From NCBI GenBank assembly GCA_965216555.1, contig OZ244168.1, forward strand, positions 80,601 through 144,600: a stretch of 64,000 bases of DNA. Direction: 5' to 3'. This document shows positions 49,319-59,118 of the stretch, in pieces (positions within the stretch are counted from its first letter, which is position 1; each line of letters starts with the position of its first letter). A program made the translations under genes and the position numbers. Source of the stretch: Erythrobacter sp. (GTDB lineage Bacteria; Pseudomonadota; Alphaproteobacteria; Sphingomonadales; Sphingomonadaceae). The notes beneath the pieces are model-generated. The model saw nothing but the letters and a program-made list of their open reading frames with translations. It made no database searches and was not told where the DNA came from.

Positions 49319-49527
49319 TGGACGTCACCTGCAAAAAACCGTGCCGCAAAGCATGCAGCGTTTATGTTCCAGATTTTTCCCATGAACAGCGCATTAACAT
49401 ATGTTGCGGGATATTGATAGGAAAATCGTATTTGTTTTCGGAATATCGACTCGAACGAACGATTATTTCATGAATCATCTTGAAAACGGACCGCACAATA
49501 CCCATATTGAGGGCTTAGTCAGATGCG

Positions 49528-50820
49528 TTAGCCCGCTTGAATACGCAGCGGCAGCGTCTTGAGACCTCCGACAAATGTGGAACTGGATCGCGCAGGCTCG
49601 CCCGCCAGCTCAACCGCGTCGACACGATCCAGCAGCGCATCGAACAGCACGCGAATCTGCAACCGGGCCAGGTGCAAGCCGAGGCATTGATGTGCGCCCG
49701 CGCCGAACGCCATATGCCTGTTCGGGCTGCGGCTGGCATCAAATGCGCGCGGGTCATCAAACTGCGCCGGATCATGATTGGCCGCGACGTAATTGAGCAT
49801 CATCCAGTCGCCCTGCTTGATCTGCTGGCCGCCTATCTCAACGTCCTCGGCCGCTGTGCGCATGAAATGCTGCACCGCTGTGGTCCAGCGGATCGCCTCT
49901 TCGACCAGGCCAGGCAGGAGCGAACGATCGGCTTTGACCTTGGCGAACTCCTCGGGATTGCGCGCCAGCGCGAGCATCGCCCCTGACATCGTGGCCGAAG
50001 TGGTGTCATGCCCGGCCGCCGCCATAATGATGTAATAACCGGCCATATCGCGATCGGGCAGCGGTTCGCCATCGACCGTCGCATTGGCGATCACGCTGGC
50101 AACGTCATCGGTAGGGTTGGCCCGGCGCGCAGCCGCGATACCCGCGAAATAATCTTCGAAATTCTTGACCGCGCCCGACACCAGCTGGAGCACTTGCTCG
50201 GGCGACATATTCTCCATGCCTGACCCGGACAGATCCGCATCCTGCCCGCCAAACATTTGCTGAGTCAGCATCAGCATGCGCGGTTCGTCTTCTTCGGGGA
50301 TGCCGAGGATCTGCATGATGACGTGCAGCGGCATCGGCGCCGCCACGCTCTTCACAAAATCGATTTCAGGGCCGTCAGCGATCATCGCGTCGATCAGCTT
50401 CTCCGCCAGCGTGCGGATTTCACCCTCAATCAGTTTGAGATTGCGCGGCATGAACCAGTCTTGCGTCAGCTTGCGGTATTTGGGGTGGATCGGGGCGTCG
50501 AACACCACCAGCGAATCCACCAGCATGTTGGATCCGGTCGCCTGCTGCGCGAAGGCGGTCGCTTCGCGGGTGGCGAACACGACCGGCTTGGGATTGTTGA
50601 GGAAGGTCTTGTTGTCCTTCGAAATCCGCATCACATCGTCATAACGCGTGATCAGCCAGAACGGCTCGAACACGTCATCATCGGCGACGACTTTCGCAAC
50701 CGGAGATTCCTCGCGCAGCCGGTCAAATGTGTCGAGCAGGCCATTCCATTCGGCATAGCTCTCTGGGGCGATAACTGCGCGCGCGATGTCGCTCGGCAGG
50801 ATGGCAGGATCACTCGCCAT
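49528..50820 (-). CDS. Cytochrome P450, CYP108 (P450terp)-like
   Basis: AAGHDTT (I helix), EEAIRW (ExxR), FGAGAHQCLG (heme Cys). Plus strand reads ...CACTCGCCAT at 50811-50820 and TTAGCCCGC at 49528, so the gene is on the minus strand despite the '+' label in the track. Confidence 0.95.
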   Translation of the reverse strand: MASDPAILPSDIARAVIAPESYAEWNGLLDTFDRLREESPVAKVVADDDVFEPFWLITRYDDVMRISKDNKTFLNNPKPVVFATREATAFAQQATGSNMLVDSLVVFDAPIHPKYRKLTQDWFMPRNLKLIEGEIRTLAEKLIDAMIADGPEIDFVKSVAAPMPLHVIMQILGIPEEDEPRMLMLTQQMFGGQDADLSGSGMENMSPEQVLQLVSGAVKNFEDYFAGIAAARRANPTDDVASVIANATVDGEPLPDRDMAGYYIIMAAAGHDTTSATMSGAMLALARNPEEFAKVKADRSLLPGLVEEAIRWTTAVQHFMRTAAEDVEIGGQQIKQGDWMMLNYVAANHDPAQFDDPRAFDASRSPNRHMAFGAGAHQCLGLHLARLQIRVLFDALLDRVDAVELAGEPARSSSTFVGGLKTLPLRIQAG

Positions 50821-52352
50821 CAGCTTGCCGCCTTGGCTTCATATTCGTCGCGCAGTTCTCTCTTGTAGAGCTTGCCATTGGCTTCGCGCGGCAGATCCGG
50901 CCGGAAGTCGAACAATTTGGGCATTTTGATCCGCGCCAGATTGGGCTCGAGGAATTCGCGCAGCTCAGCCTCCAGCGCGTCGCCGGCATCGACCATATCC
51001 CTGGGCTGCACAACCGCGACGACCTTTTCTCCCAGATCAGGATCGGGCGCACCGATAACCGCGGCATCCATCACCTTGTCGTGGGTCACCAGCAGATTTT
51101 CGATCTCCTGCGGGTAGATGTTGACCCCGCCCGAGATGATCATGTGGCTCTTGCGGTCAGTTAGGAACAGGAAGCCCTCTTCATTGACATGGCCGATATC
51201 ACCCAATGTCATCCAGCCCTTGGGGTGCATCGCTTCCGCCGTCTTGGCGGGATCGTTGTGATAGGTCGGCAGGATGTCATTCTCAAAGAACAGCAAGCCA
51301 TCCTCACCCGCAGGGAGCTCTTCGCCGTCGGGGCCGCAGACATGGATCGTGCCCCAGATCGCCTTGCCGACGCTGCCCGGGTGGTTGAGCCAGTCGGGAG
51401 CGTGGATCATGGTCATGCCGATCGATTCCGATCCGGCATAATATTCGTTCACGATCGGGCCCCACCATTCGATCATCTGATGCTTGATCGGAACCGGGCA
51501 TGGCGCCGCCGCGTGCAAGGCGCGCTTATGGCTCGACAGATCGTAGCGTTCGCGAATCTCGGGATCGAGTTTGAGGAAGCGGACGAAGTGGGTCGGCACC
51601 CACTGACTGTCAGTCACCTTGTACTTCTCGATCGCGGCCAAGGCGCCTTCGGGATCAAATTTTTCGAGCACGACCAGGGTGCCACCCAGACGCTGCGCGG
51701 CAGAGCACCAAGCCAGCGGCGCGGCGTGATAGAGCGGCGCCGGTGAGAGATAGACCATCGATCCATCGACCGGCATCCCGGCCCCCATGGTCGCAAGGCC
51801 CAGGAACGGCACCACAGCCTGGGGATCCGGATCCTCTGGCGGCGCCGGGCGGATGCCTTTGGGCCGCCCGGTCGTGCCCGAACTGTAGAGCATGGTCGCG
51901 CCTGCCCTCTGGTCGGCGATCGGTTCGGCAGGATGTGCAGCCAGCACCTCTTCGAAATCTTCCTCGCCTTCGCCGCCGACTACGAGGATATCGAGATCGG
52001 GGCATTCCGCGCGAATATCGCCCATCACCCCGTCAAAGACTCGTGAGGTGATGAGCAGCTTCGAGCCGCTGTCCTTGAGAATGTAGGAAATCTCAGGCGC
52101 GGTCAGCCGGGTCGAGATCGGCACAAGCAAAGTGCCCGCACGCTGTGAGCCCCACACCAGCGTGAAATAGTGATGCGTGTTTTCGAGCAGCACGGCAAAG
52201 GGGTCATCCGGAGACAAGCCGCGTGCGCGCAAGAGGTGGGCGAACCGATTCGCCAATGCATCCATCTCACCATAGGTCACGGTGTGGCCGCTTCCGGCCA
52301 TGATGATCGCGGGCTGATCAGGGCGGGTTTGCGCGTGCGCAATTGGGTGCAT
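50820..52352 (-). CDS. Acyl-CoA synthetase (AMP-forming ligase)
   Basis: YSSGTTGRPKG, PAPLYH, EYYAGSE, TLGDIG, DRKSHMIISGGVNIYPQEIE, GKLYKR. Stop overlaps the P450 ATG. Confidence 0.95.
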   Translation of the reverse strand: MHPIAHAQTRPDQPAIIMAGSGHTVTYGEMDALANRFAHLLRARGLSPDDPFAVLLENTHHYFTLVWGSQRAGTLLVPISTRLTAPEISYILKDSGSKLLITSRVFDGVMGDIRAECPDLDILVVGGEGEEDFEEVLAAHPAEPIADQRAGATMLYSSGTTGRPKGIRPAPPEDPDPQAVVPFLGLATMGAGMPVDGSMVYLSPAPLYHAAPLAWCSAAQRLGGTLVVLEKFDPEGALAAIEKYKVTDSQWVPTHFVRFLKLDPEIRERYDLSSHKRALHAAAPCPVPIKHQMIEWWGPIVNEYYAGSESIGMTMIHAPDWLNHPGSVGKAIWGTIHVCGPDGEELPAGEDGLLFFENDILPTYHNDPAKTAEAMHPKGWMTLGDIGHVNEEGFLFLTDRKSHMIISGGVNIYPQEIENLLVTHDKVMDAAVIGAPDPDLGEKVVAVVQPRDMVDAGDALEAELREFLEPNLARIKMPKLFDFRPDLPREANGKLYKRELRDEYEAKAAS

Positions 52353-52465
52353 GCTGCTGTCTCTCTCCATCAGGGCCGCTTGAGCGGCCTCAGTTGCGAG
52401 AGAAAACCTACTGCAAGCGGCGCGGCTCGCAAGTGATTTCGAAGGAATCGGCGCAGCGTCGGATC

Positions 52466-52495
52466 AAAAAAAAGGCGGCGGGAAAACCCGCCGCC
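52466..52495 (-). terminator. Rho-independent terminator after the M23 gene
   Basis: Minus strand: GGCGGCGGG-TTTT-CCCGCCGCC then T8. Confidence 0.88.
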
Positions 52496-52555
52496 AATAT
52501 TCGGACACCCTCTCCAATGTCCGACCCGCTTCCAGGCGGGGATTTCTAAGCCCGG

Positions 52556-53257
52556 CTATTCGCCGCCTTGGCCTTCCTCTTCAGCAGGAGCCTCGGCAAA
52601 TATCCGCTGCGCTTCGGTTTCCACCATATAGGGAATCGGATCGACTGCAACCCCGTCCACGCGCACTTCATAATGCAGGTGAGGGCCGGTCGACCGTCCG
52701 GTCGAACCAACATATCCGATGATGTCGCCTTTGCGAATCGGCTCACCCTCAGCGACTGCAAGTCGCGACATGTGAGCATAGCGTGTTTCAAGTTCAGCAC
52801 CGTGATCGATGCTGACGTAAAGGCCGTAGCTGGAAAACCAATCTGCCCGCGTGATCATGCCATCTGCAGTGGCATAGACAGGCGTTCCGGTGGGAGCGGC
52901 GAGATCAACGCCATTGTGCTTCTTGCGCTTGCGCAGGACCGGATGGTTGCGCATGCCATAGCCGCTGCTCATCCGCCCACCCTGAATTGGCATCAGCGAG
53001 GGAATTGAGACGCTCGGCTGCTCGACCGGCGAACCGGGGCCATTTTCGTCAAGCGCCTGCCAGCTGGCAAACAGCTCACGAAAACTCTGATCTCCAGTGG
53101 TCAGGGTTTCTTCGCTGGTTTCGCGAACGGGCTCGACAATATCCACGGCTGCCGAATTGGCAGATGTGTTTGCGGCGACCGGCGAAGCCGCGATTATCGC
53201 GACAGCTGACCCAAGCAAGGCACTGGTCCTGGCAAGCTTGCGCTGCAACATGAACAT
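52556..53257 (-). CDS. M23 family (LytM) peptidase
   Basis: Signal peptide; HNGVD (HxxxD), YAHMS, STGPHLHYEV (HxH). Confidence 0.95.
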   Translation of the reverse strand: MFMLQRKLARTSALLGSAVAIIAASPVAANTSANSAAVDIVEPVRETSEETLTTGDQSFRELFASWQALDENGPGSPVEQPSVSIPSLMPIQGGRMSSGYGMRNHPVLRKRKKHNGVDLAAPTGTPVYATADGMITRADWFSSYGLYVSIDHGAELETRYAHMSRLAVAEGEPIRKGDIIGYVGSTGRSTGPHLHYEVRVDGVAVDPIPYMVETEAQRIFAEAPAEEEGQGGE

Positions 53258-53329
53258 CTAATGGCCGGCCCTTTGTTTCGACGCTTGTTGCGCCAATAAT
53301 TACGAAATGCGAGTTATCGGGTGGATTCG

Positions 53330-54121
53330 TTAAATCGCAACATCTGCGTAAAAGTCTCGCGACAAACCGGCTGCAAGACGCGCCGAATCGTTGAATGGCG
53401 GCTTAACGGCACCCCGAAAATAGGTCTGAACAAGCCGTTTCCACGTGGTTTCAGGGGATTTACCCTGTTTTTGCGCAAGGGAGACAAAGTGCTTGGTCCC
53501 ATAGGCGACATGACGAATCTCGTCGTCAAGGATTCGCGCAAGAATCTTTGCACCGCGCTCGTCTCCGATCGCTTTGACGCGCTCAAGTGTGGCGGGAGTC
53601 ACATCCAGACCGCGCGCTTCCAGCACCATCGGAACGATCGCCAAGCGCGCCGCAACATCGTGACGCGTCTCGTGTGCAGCCTGCCACAACCCGCCATGCG
53701 CGGGCAAAGCGCCATAAAAGCTGCCATGCGCTTCGAGTTTGCGCGCCAGCAATGCGAAATGCATCGCTTCATCCGCCGCGACATCTAGGAAATCGGAGAC
53801 AAAGTCCTCTCCCATCTGTTCGCCAAAGCGGCCGGCCATGTCGAGCGCGAGATCGATCGCGACGAATTCAATATGAGCAAGCGAGTGCCACAGAGCGATC
53901 CGTGATCGCTCCGATCCTGCCTTGCCGCGTTTGGGCATCTTGTTGGGCGGCAGCAATTCTGGACGATCGGGGCGGGCCGGTTCGTCGGGCATCATCTGGT
54001 CAAACCGCCACGCAAGTTCGCCTTTGCGCCACTGACGCACCAATCGGCGCGTCGCGAAGCATTTCGCCCGCGGCTCGCCGGTCAACAGCGCATCGCGAAT
54101 TGCAGAAGCGATCGATTGCAT
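53330..54121 (-). CDS. Ferritin-like DUF455 protein
   Basis: HSLAHIEFVAIDLA, DEAMHF, VLEARGLDVTP, DEIRHV. Confidence 0.92.
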   Translation of the reverse strand: MQSIASAIRDALLTGEPRAKCFATRRLVRQWRKGELAWRFDQMMPDEPARPDRPELLPPNKMPKRGKAGSERSRIALWHSLAHIEFVAIDLALDMAGRFGEQMGEDFVSDFLDVAADEAMHFALLARKLEAHGSFYGALPAHGGLWQAAHETRHDVAARLAIVPMVLEARGLDVTPATLERVKAIGDERGAKILARILDDEIRHVAYGTKHFVSLAQKQGKSPETTWKRLVQTYFRGAVKPPFNDSARLAAGLSRDFYADVAI

Positions 54122-54126
54122 CGTGC

Positions 54127-54603
54127 TCAGAGCGCTTGAGCGGCGGCCAGAACTTCGTCGGCGTGACCTTTGACTTTCACCTTGCGCCAGATCTGCACGA
54201 TCTTGCCATCGGCGCCGACCAGATAGGTCGACCGGACCATGCCCATGAAGGTTTTGCCGTACATCTTCTTTTCGGCCCAGACGCCGAGCGCGTCCGACAA
54301 TCCACCTTCTTCGGCATCAGTCGCCAGTGGGGTTGTCAGCTCGTGCTTGGCGATGAAATTCAAGTGCTTCTTGGCGCTGTCCTTGCTCACGCCGAGCAGT
54401 TCGACACCTGCGGCGTCAAATTGATCCTTGAGCGCGGTGAAGTCCTTCGCTTCGGTGGTGCAACCCGGCGTGTTGTCCTTGGGGTAGAAGAAGACAACCA
54501 GCTTCTTGCCGAGATAGTCCGACGCCTTGACGCTGCCACCATCGGGCGTGCCCATGGCGATATCCGGAAGCGCATCGCCAATCTCGGGAACATTGCTCAT
54601 CAT
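54127..54603 (-). CDS. bcp: Peroxiredoxin BCP/PrxQ
   Basis: FYPKDNTPGCTTEA, GVSKD, RSTYL, KVKGHA. Confidence 0.93.
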   Translation of the reverse strand: MMSNVPEIGDALPDIAMGTPDGGSVKASDYLGKKLVVFFYPKDNTPGCTTEAKDFTALKDQFDAAGVELLGVSKDSAKKHLNFIAKHELTTPLATDAEEGGLSDALGVWAEKKMYGKTFMGMVRSTYLVGADGKIVQIWRKVKVKGHADEVLAAAQAL

Positions 54604-57317
54604 TCAATCTCCAATTGCTGTTCGAACACTGCTGCCCAAACTTGCGCGACGCTTTGCCGGGCAATTGCGAGTTTTTCCAGCAGTTCCGTGAAAGAATCTG
54701 CCTCGCAGGATTTCGCCAGCTGCAAAGCCGATGCTGGGTGCGGCGCCCGGTTCAACGGAGCGAGCAATCTGCCGGCAATCAGCATCCGGGTCATCAGGGC
54801 ATGCGCGTGGATCAAGCTCTCGGGGACAAGGCCAGCGGCAACCAGAGCAATCAGCGCATCGCCCAGGTCAGGCGCAATAATGTCCGGCGATTGATGGCCA
54901 TGCTCAAGCTGGAGGAAATGGATCACAAATTCGAGATCGACCAAGCCACCGCGTTGCAGCTTCACATCCAGCGCACCAGAAGGCGGTTTGTGCTGCGCCA
55001 TCTCCGAACGCATTTTGAGCACATCCTTGCGCAGGGCTGCGCGCTCGCGGACCTTGCCAAGCACGGCGCCGATCTCTTGCTCAAGCCGCGCACGGGCCGA
55101 GACTGATCCAAGCAGCGCTCGGGCTCTGGTGAGCGCCATATGCTCCCAGGTCCAGGCGGATTCGCGCTGATATTTGGAAAAGGCGTCAACCGAGACCGCC
55201 AAGGGGCCTTGATTGCCTTGCGGACGCAGCCGCGTGTCAACCTCGTACAAAGCGCCCTGCGCGGTGGGGACAGACAAGGCACCGCTGACTCGCTGCGCCA
55301 AGCGATTGAAATACATTGTCGCGCTGAGCGGGCGCGCACCGTCCGATTGCGCGTCAAAGCTGCCGGTGAACAGAAAGACGAGATCGAGATCCGACGCATG
55401 GGTCAGAACACCGCCGCCGAGCCTTCCCAACCCCAGTGCGAGCAATTCTGCTCCCTCGATTTGTCCATGCGCAGCGGCGAATTCCTGCGCCGTCGCCTGC
55501 GTCGCCACATGAATCCCCGCTTCGGCAGCGCGCGACAGAGCGCGCCCGATATCGAGCGGATCGTGCCGCCCTTCGATCAGCTGGACGCCAAGCGCAAAGC
55601 GCAATTCGCTCGTCACCACGCGGATTGAATCCAGCTGCGCCTCATAGTCATCGCGCTGAGCGAGCTCTCGCATCCGCGCTGCGATTTGATCGACGGATCC
55701 CGGAAGATCGAGCGCGCTGCGATCAATCAGCGCGTCGAGCAATTCCGGACGGCGGCCGAGCTCGTCGGCCAGAGTCGGCGCCATGGTGAGCGTTGACACC
55801 AGCCGTTTGAGCAAGCCGGGACGCGCGTCGAGCAAGTGGAACAGGTTGATCGCCGAGGAGGCCTTTTCGAGCATGCTCTCCCACCGCGCCATCGCCCGGA
55901 TCGGGTCTGACGCTTCGCTCAAGGCGTCGAACAGGACCGGCTGAATGGCGTCAAACGCCTCAAGCGCCTGTGGTGTCCGGAGCGATTGATAGCGCCCATC
56001 GCGCCAGCCGAGGATCCGCCGTTCCAATTGGCTGCGCAGTCCCACTTCTGGCTCGGATGGCGTGGGTTCCGCTGGCGCGGACTGACTTGTTGCGACCGGC
56101 CGGGCATCCTCTTCGCCAATCAATTGATCATAGCTGCGACCCACTCGTTCGGTGAGGTCGCGCAATTCGCTGACCAGCGCATCGCCATCGGGCAAGCCAT
56201 CGAGCCGAGCGACAGCATCAAGCGCATCGCCCTGCGGCAGACTGTGGGTCTGGCGATCGTGGATCATCTGCAGGCGATGCTCCAGCGTGCGCAATCGATC
56301 ATAGCAAAGGCCAAGCTCGACCGCGTCGTCATGGGAGATAAGACTGGCTTCGGCCAGCGCATCCAGCGCCGCTCTTGTGCCGCGGACACGAAGACTCGGA
56401 TCGCGACCGCCATGGATCAATTGGTGCGTCTGCGCGAAAAATTCGATCTCACGGATACCGCCCCGCCCGCGCTTGAGATCGAACCCGGGGCCCGGCTGTT
56501 GCAGTCCGTCGTAATTGAGGCGGATCTGAGCTGTCAGCCGGCGGATTTCCGCCACGGCGCCAAAATCGAGGTTGGACCGCCACACAAAGGGCTTGATGGT
56601 CTCAAGGAATTGTTCCCCCGCAGCGATATCGCCTGCCGCTGCACGGGCGCGAACAAAGGCTGCGCGCTCCCACGCCAGCGCCGAACTCTCATAATGCGCC
56701 TGTGCTGAAGAGAGTGAGATGGCAGGCGGCGAGACCTCGCTCGATGGCCGCAGCCGCAAATCGACACGAAACACAAATCCGTCGGCGGTGTTCTCTGACA
56801 GCAGCTTGACGACATGCTGCGCATAGCGGCGCGCGGCTTCGCCCGGTTCGTCCTTTTCTCGGCGCGGCAGAGTGTCGGGATCGAACAGCAGGATCGGGTC
56901 AATGTCCGATGAGTAATTGAGTTCGTGCGCGCCCTGTTTGCCCAAAGCCAGCGCAACCATGCCCTGTGACGCCGCACCATCGACGCGTTTGTTGATCGCA
57001 TCAGCTATGGCACGATCGAGCGAGCGGTCTGCGCAATCCGACAGGTCCGTGACGATGCGCCGCAGATCAAGAGCGCCGGCTAGATCTCCGATCGCCAGCG
57101 CGGTCGACAGCGCCACACGCTCGCGCCGCAAGGCCACCGCGAGATCGGGTTCGTCCGTGCCGGTTTGCCCGGCCCAGGCCAGAGCCGCGTCAATCTCACC
57201 CTGCTCGAGCAGGTGAGCAAGGTCGGGCATGCGATCGAGTGACCGGGCCAGGAACGGAGCTTCAGCCCGTGCCCTGGCGATCGCACTATCCCAATCGACT
57301 GCCTTCTCCTCTGTCAT
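54600..57317 (-). CDS. glnE: Bifunctional glutamine synthetase adenylyltransferase/deadenylylase
   Basis: Two NTase domains: LGKQGAHELNYSSDID...FRVDLRLRP and LGRLGGGVLTHASDLD...YEVDTRLRP. Confidence 0.95.
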   Translation of the reverse strand: MTEEKAVDWDSAIARARAEAPFLARSLDRMPDLAHLLEQGEIDAALAWAGQTGTDEPDLAVALRRERVALSTALAIGDLAGALDLRRIVTDLSDCADRSLDRAIADAINKRVDGAASQGMVALALGKQGAHELNYSSDIDPILLFDPDTLPRREKDEPGEAARRYAQHVVKLLSENTADGFVFRVDLRLRPSSEVSPPAISLSSAQAHYESSALAWERAAFVRARAAAGDIAAGEQFLETIKPFVWRSNLDFGAVAEIRRLTAQIRLNYDGLQQPGPGFDLKRGRGGIREIEFFAQTHQLIHGGRDPSLRVRGTRAALDALAEASLISHDDAVELGLCYDRLRTLEHRLQMIHDRQTHSLPQGDALDAVARLDGLPDGDALVSELRDLTERVGRSYDQLIGEEDARPVATSQSAPAEPTPSEPEVGLRSQLERRILGWRDGRYQSLRTPQALEAFDAIQPVLFDALSEASDPIRAMARWESMLEKASSAINLFHLLDARPGLLKRLVSTLTMAPTLADELGRRPELLDALIDRSALDLPGSVDQIAARMRELAQRDDYEAQLDSIRVVTSELRFALGVQLIEGRHDPLDIGRALSRAAEAGIHVATQATAQEFAAAHGQIEGAELLALGLGRLGGGVLTHASDLDLVFLFTGSFDAQSDGARPLSATMYFNRLAQRVSGALSVPTAQGALYEVDTRLRPQGNQGPLAVSVDAFSKYQRESAWTWEHMALTRARALLGSVSARARLEQEIGAVLGKVRERAALRKDVLKMRSEMAQHKPPSGALDVKLQRGGLVDLEFVIHFLQLEHGHQSPDIIAPDLGDALIALVAAGLVPESLIHAHALMTRMLIAGRLLAPLNRAPHPASALQLAKSCEADSFTELLEKLAIARQSVAQVWAAVFEQQLEIE

Positions 57318-57387
57318 TGCTTCCTCTTGACCGGGCTTTCCCATCCTCGCAAGACAACGCGCAGTTTGAGATGAGAGGATTTACCCC

Positions 57388-59088
57388 ATGAATACCCGCT
57401 TTTTGGGTCTGGCCGGCCTTGCCGCCGGCGCTTTGGCACTTGCAGGCTGCGACGGCATGCTTGGCGGTGATGACACAGTCCAGCTTGACGTCCCCGAAGT
57501 GGAAGCTGGCGATATCACTGAAGCCACGCTGGTCGACATAACCCGCGAAATGTCTGGCGATGATTTTGAAGGGCGCATGCCTGGCACCGCTGGCGGCGCA
57601 AAGACCGTCGCCTATCTGGTCGAGAAATTCGAAGCCGCAGGGCTTTCTCCCGGCAATGGCGATTCCTGGGTCCAGGACGTGCCTTTAATCGAGATCGGTG
57701 GATCCAATTTCGCTCCCCTGACGGTCACCAATGGTGAAACCGACCTGGTCTATGATTTCGGGGCCGAATGGGTCGGCGTCACCTATCAAGAGGAAGAAAG
57801 CATTCAGCTGGCAAACAGCGAGATGGTGTTTGTCGGATATGGCATCAATGCGCCTGAGCGCGGCTGGAATGACTATGAGGGTGTCGACGTCACCGGCAAG
57901 ACCGTGGTCATGTTGGTCAACGATCCGGACTGGCAGAGCGAAGATCTGGAAGGCACCTTCAACGGACGGGCCATGACCTATTACGGGCGCTGGACCTACA
58001 AGTTTGAAGAGGCCGGGCGTCAAGGCGCTGCGGCCGCTTTGATCATCCATGACACCGCGCCGGCGAGCTATGGCTGGAACGTCGTCGAAAGCTCCTGGTC
58101 TGGCACCCAATCCTACGCTTCACGGGGCGACAGCGCGCCACCGATGACGAGCATGAATGGATGGATCCAAAAGGACGTAGCGCGTGAGATTCTTGCTGCC
58201 GCTGGCCAAGACCTTACCAGTCTGACGGCAGCCGCTCAGTCCGAAGATTTCGAAGCGGTTGAGCTTGGCCTCAACGCATCGACAAGCTTTGAAAACAGCT
58301 TCCGCAACTTCACGTCACAAAACGTGATCGGCATTTTGCCGGGCAGTGAAGCGCCAGACGAATATGTCTTTCACACCGCCCATTGGGACCATTTGGGTCG
58401 CTGCACCCCAGCGCCCGATGGTGACGACATCTGCAATGGCGCGATTGACAATGCCACCGGCACATCGGCGATCATTGCGATTGCAGAGGCCCACGCCAAA
58501 GCGGGTGCACCACGCCGCAGCCTGGTCTTTCTGGCGGTGACGGCCGAAGAATCGGGCCTACTGGGCGCTGACTATTACGCTGCGAACCCGATCTATCCGC
58601 TCGATCAGACGGTCAGCGGAATCAACATCGATGCCTTGCAGATGACCGGCCCGGCGAATGACATCACAGTCGTCGGCTTAGGCAAGTCGCAGCTCGACCA
58701 GTTCCTCGATGCGGGGCTGGCCGCGGTTGATCGCACGGCAACGCCCAACCCGGCGCCCGAGGCCGGCTATTACTATCGTTCCGATCACTTCGCCTTTGCC
58801 AAGCGCGGCGTGCCAATGCTCTACCTCACCGGTGGGCGCGATCTGGTAGATGGTGGCACCGCGGCAGGCGACGCCTATGCCGAGGATTATCGCGTCAACA
58901 AATACCACGCGCCCAAGGACGAGTTCGACGAGAATTGGGTCTGGACCGGCGCGATGGCCGATGTTGGCCTGTTCTATCGCTTGAGCCGGATGATGGCGAT
59001 GAGCACCAGCTGGCCCAACTGGAATGAAGGCGATGAATTCCGCGCCACACGCGACGAAAGCTGCGCCAGCGCCGATACCGGCTGCTGA
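57388..59088 (+). CDS. M28 family aminopeptidase lipoprotein with PA domain
   Basis: Lipobox LAGC; AHWDH, NGAIDNATG, TAEESGL, RSDH, YHAPKD. Confidence 0.93.
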   Translation: MNTRFLGLAGLAAGALALAGCDGMLGGDDTVQLDVPEVEAGDITEATLVDITREMSGDDFEGRMPGTAGGAKTVAYLVEKFEAAGLSPGNGDSWVQDVPLIEIGGSNFAPLTVTNGETDLVYDFGAEWVGVTYQEEESIQLANSEMVFVGYGINAPERGWNDYEGVDVTGKTVVMLVNDPDWQSEDLEGTFNGRAMTYYGRWTYKFEEAGRQGAAAALIIHDTAPASYGWNVVESSWSGTQSYASRGDSAPPMTSMNGWIQKDVAREILAAAGQDLTSLTAAAQSEDFEAVELGLNASTSFENSFRNFTSQNVIGILPGSEAPDEYVFHTAHWDHLGRCTPAPDGDDICNGAIDNATGTSAIIAIAEAHAKAGAPRRSLVFLAVTAEESGLLGADYYAANPIYPLDQTVSGINIDALQMTGPANDITVVGLGKSQLDQFLDAGLAAVDRTATPNPAPEAGYYYRSDHFAFAKRGVPMLYLTGGRDLVDGGTAAGDAYAEDYRVNKYHAPKDEFDENWVWTGAMADVGLFYRLSRMMAMSTSWPNWNEGDEFRATRDESCASADTGC

Positions 59089-59118
59089 TCACCTTTTGCT
59101 AGCAACGAAAGCCGGTTC

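Noticed and set aside
49528-50820. ORF-track entry listing the P450 on the + strand
   Set aside because: The plus strand at 49528 reads TTAGCCCGC (reverse complement of ...AG-stop) and ends in CAT at 50818-50820. The protein is encoded on the minus strand, so the label is an error.
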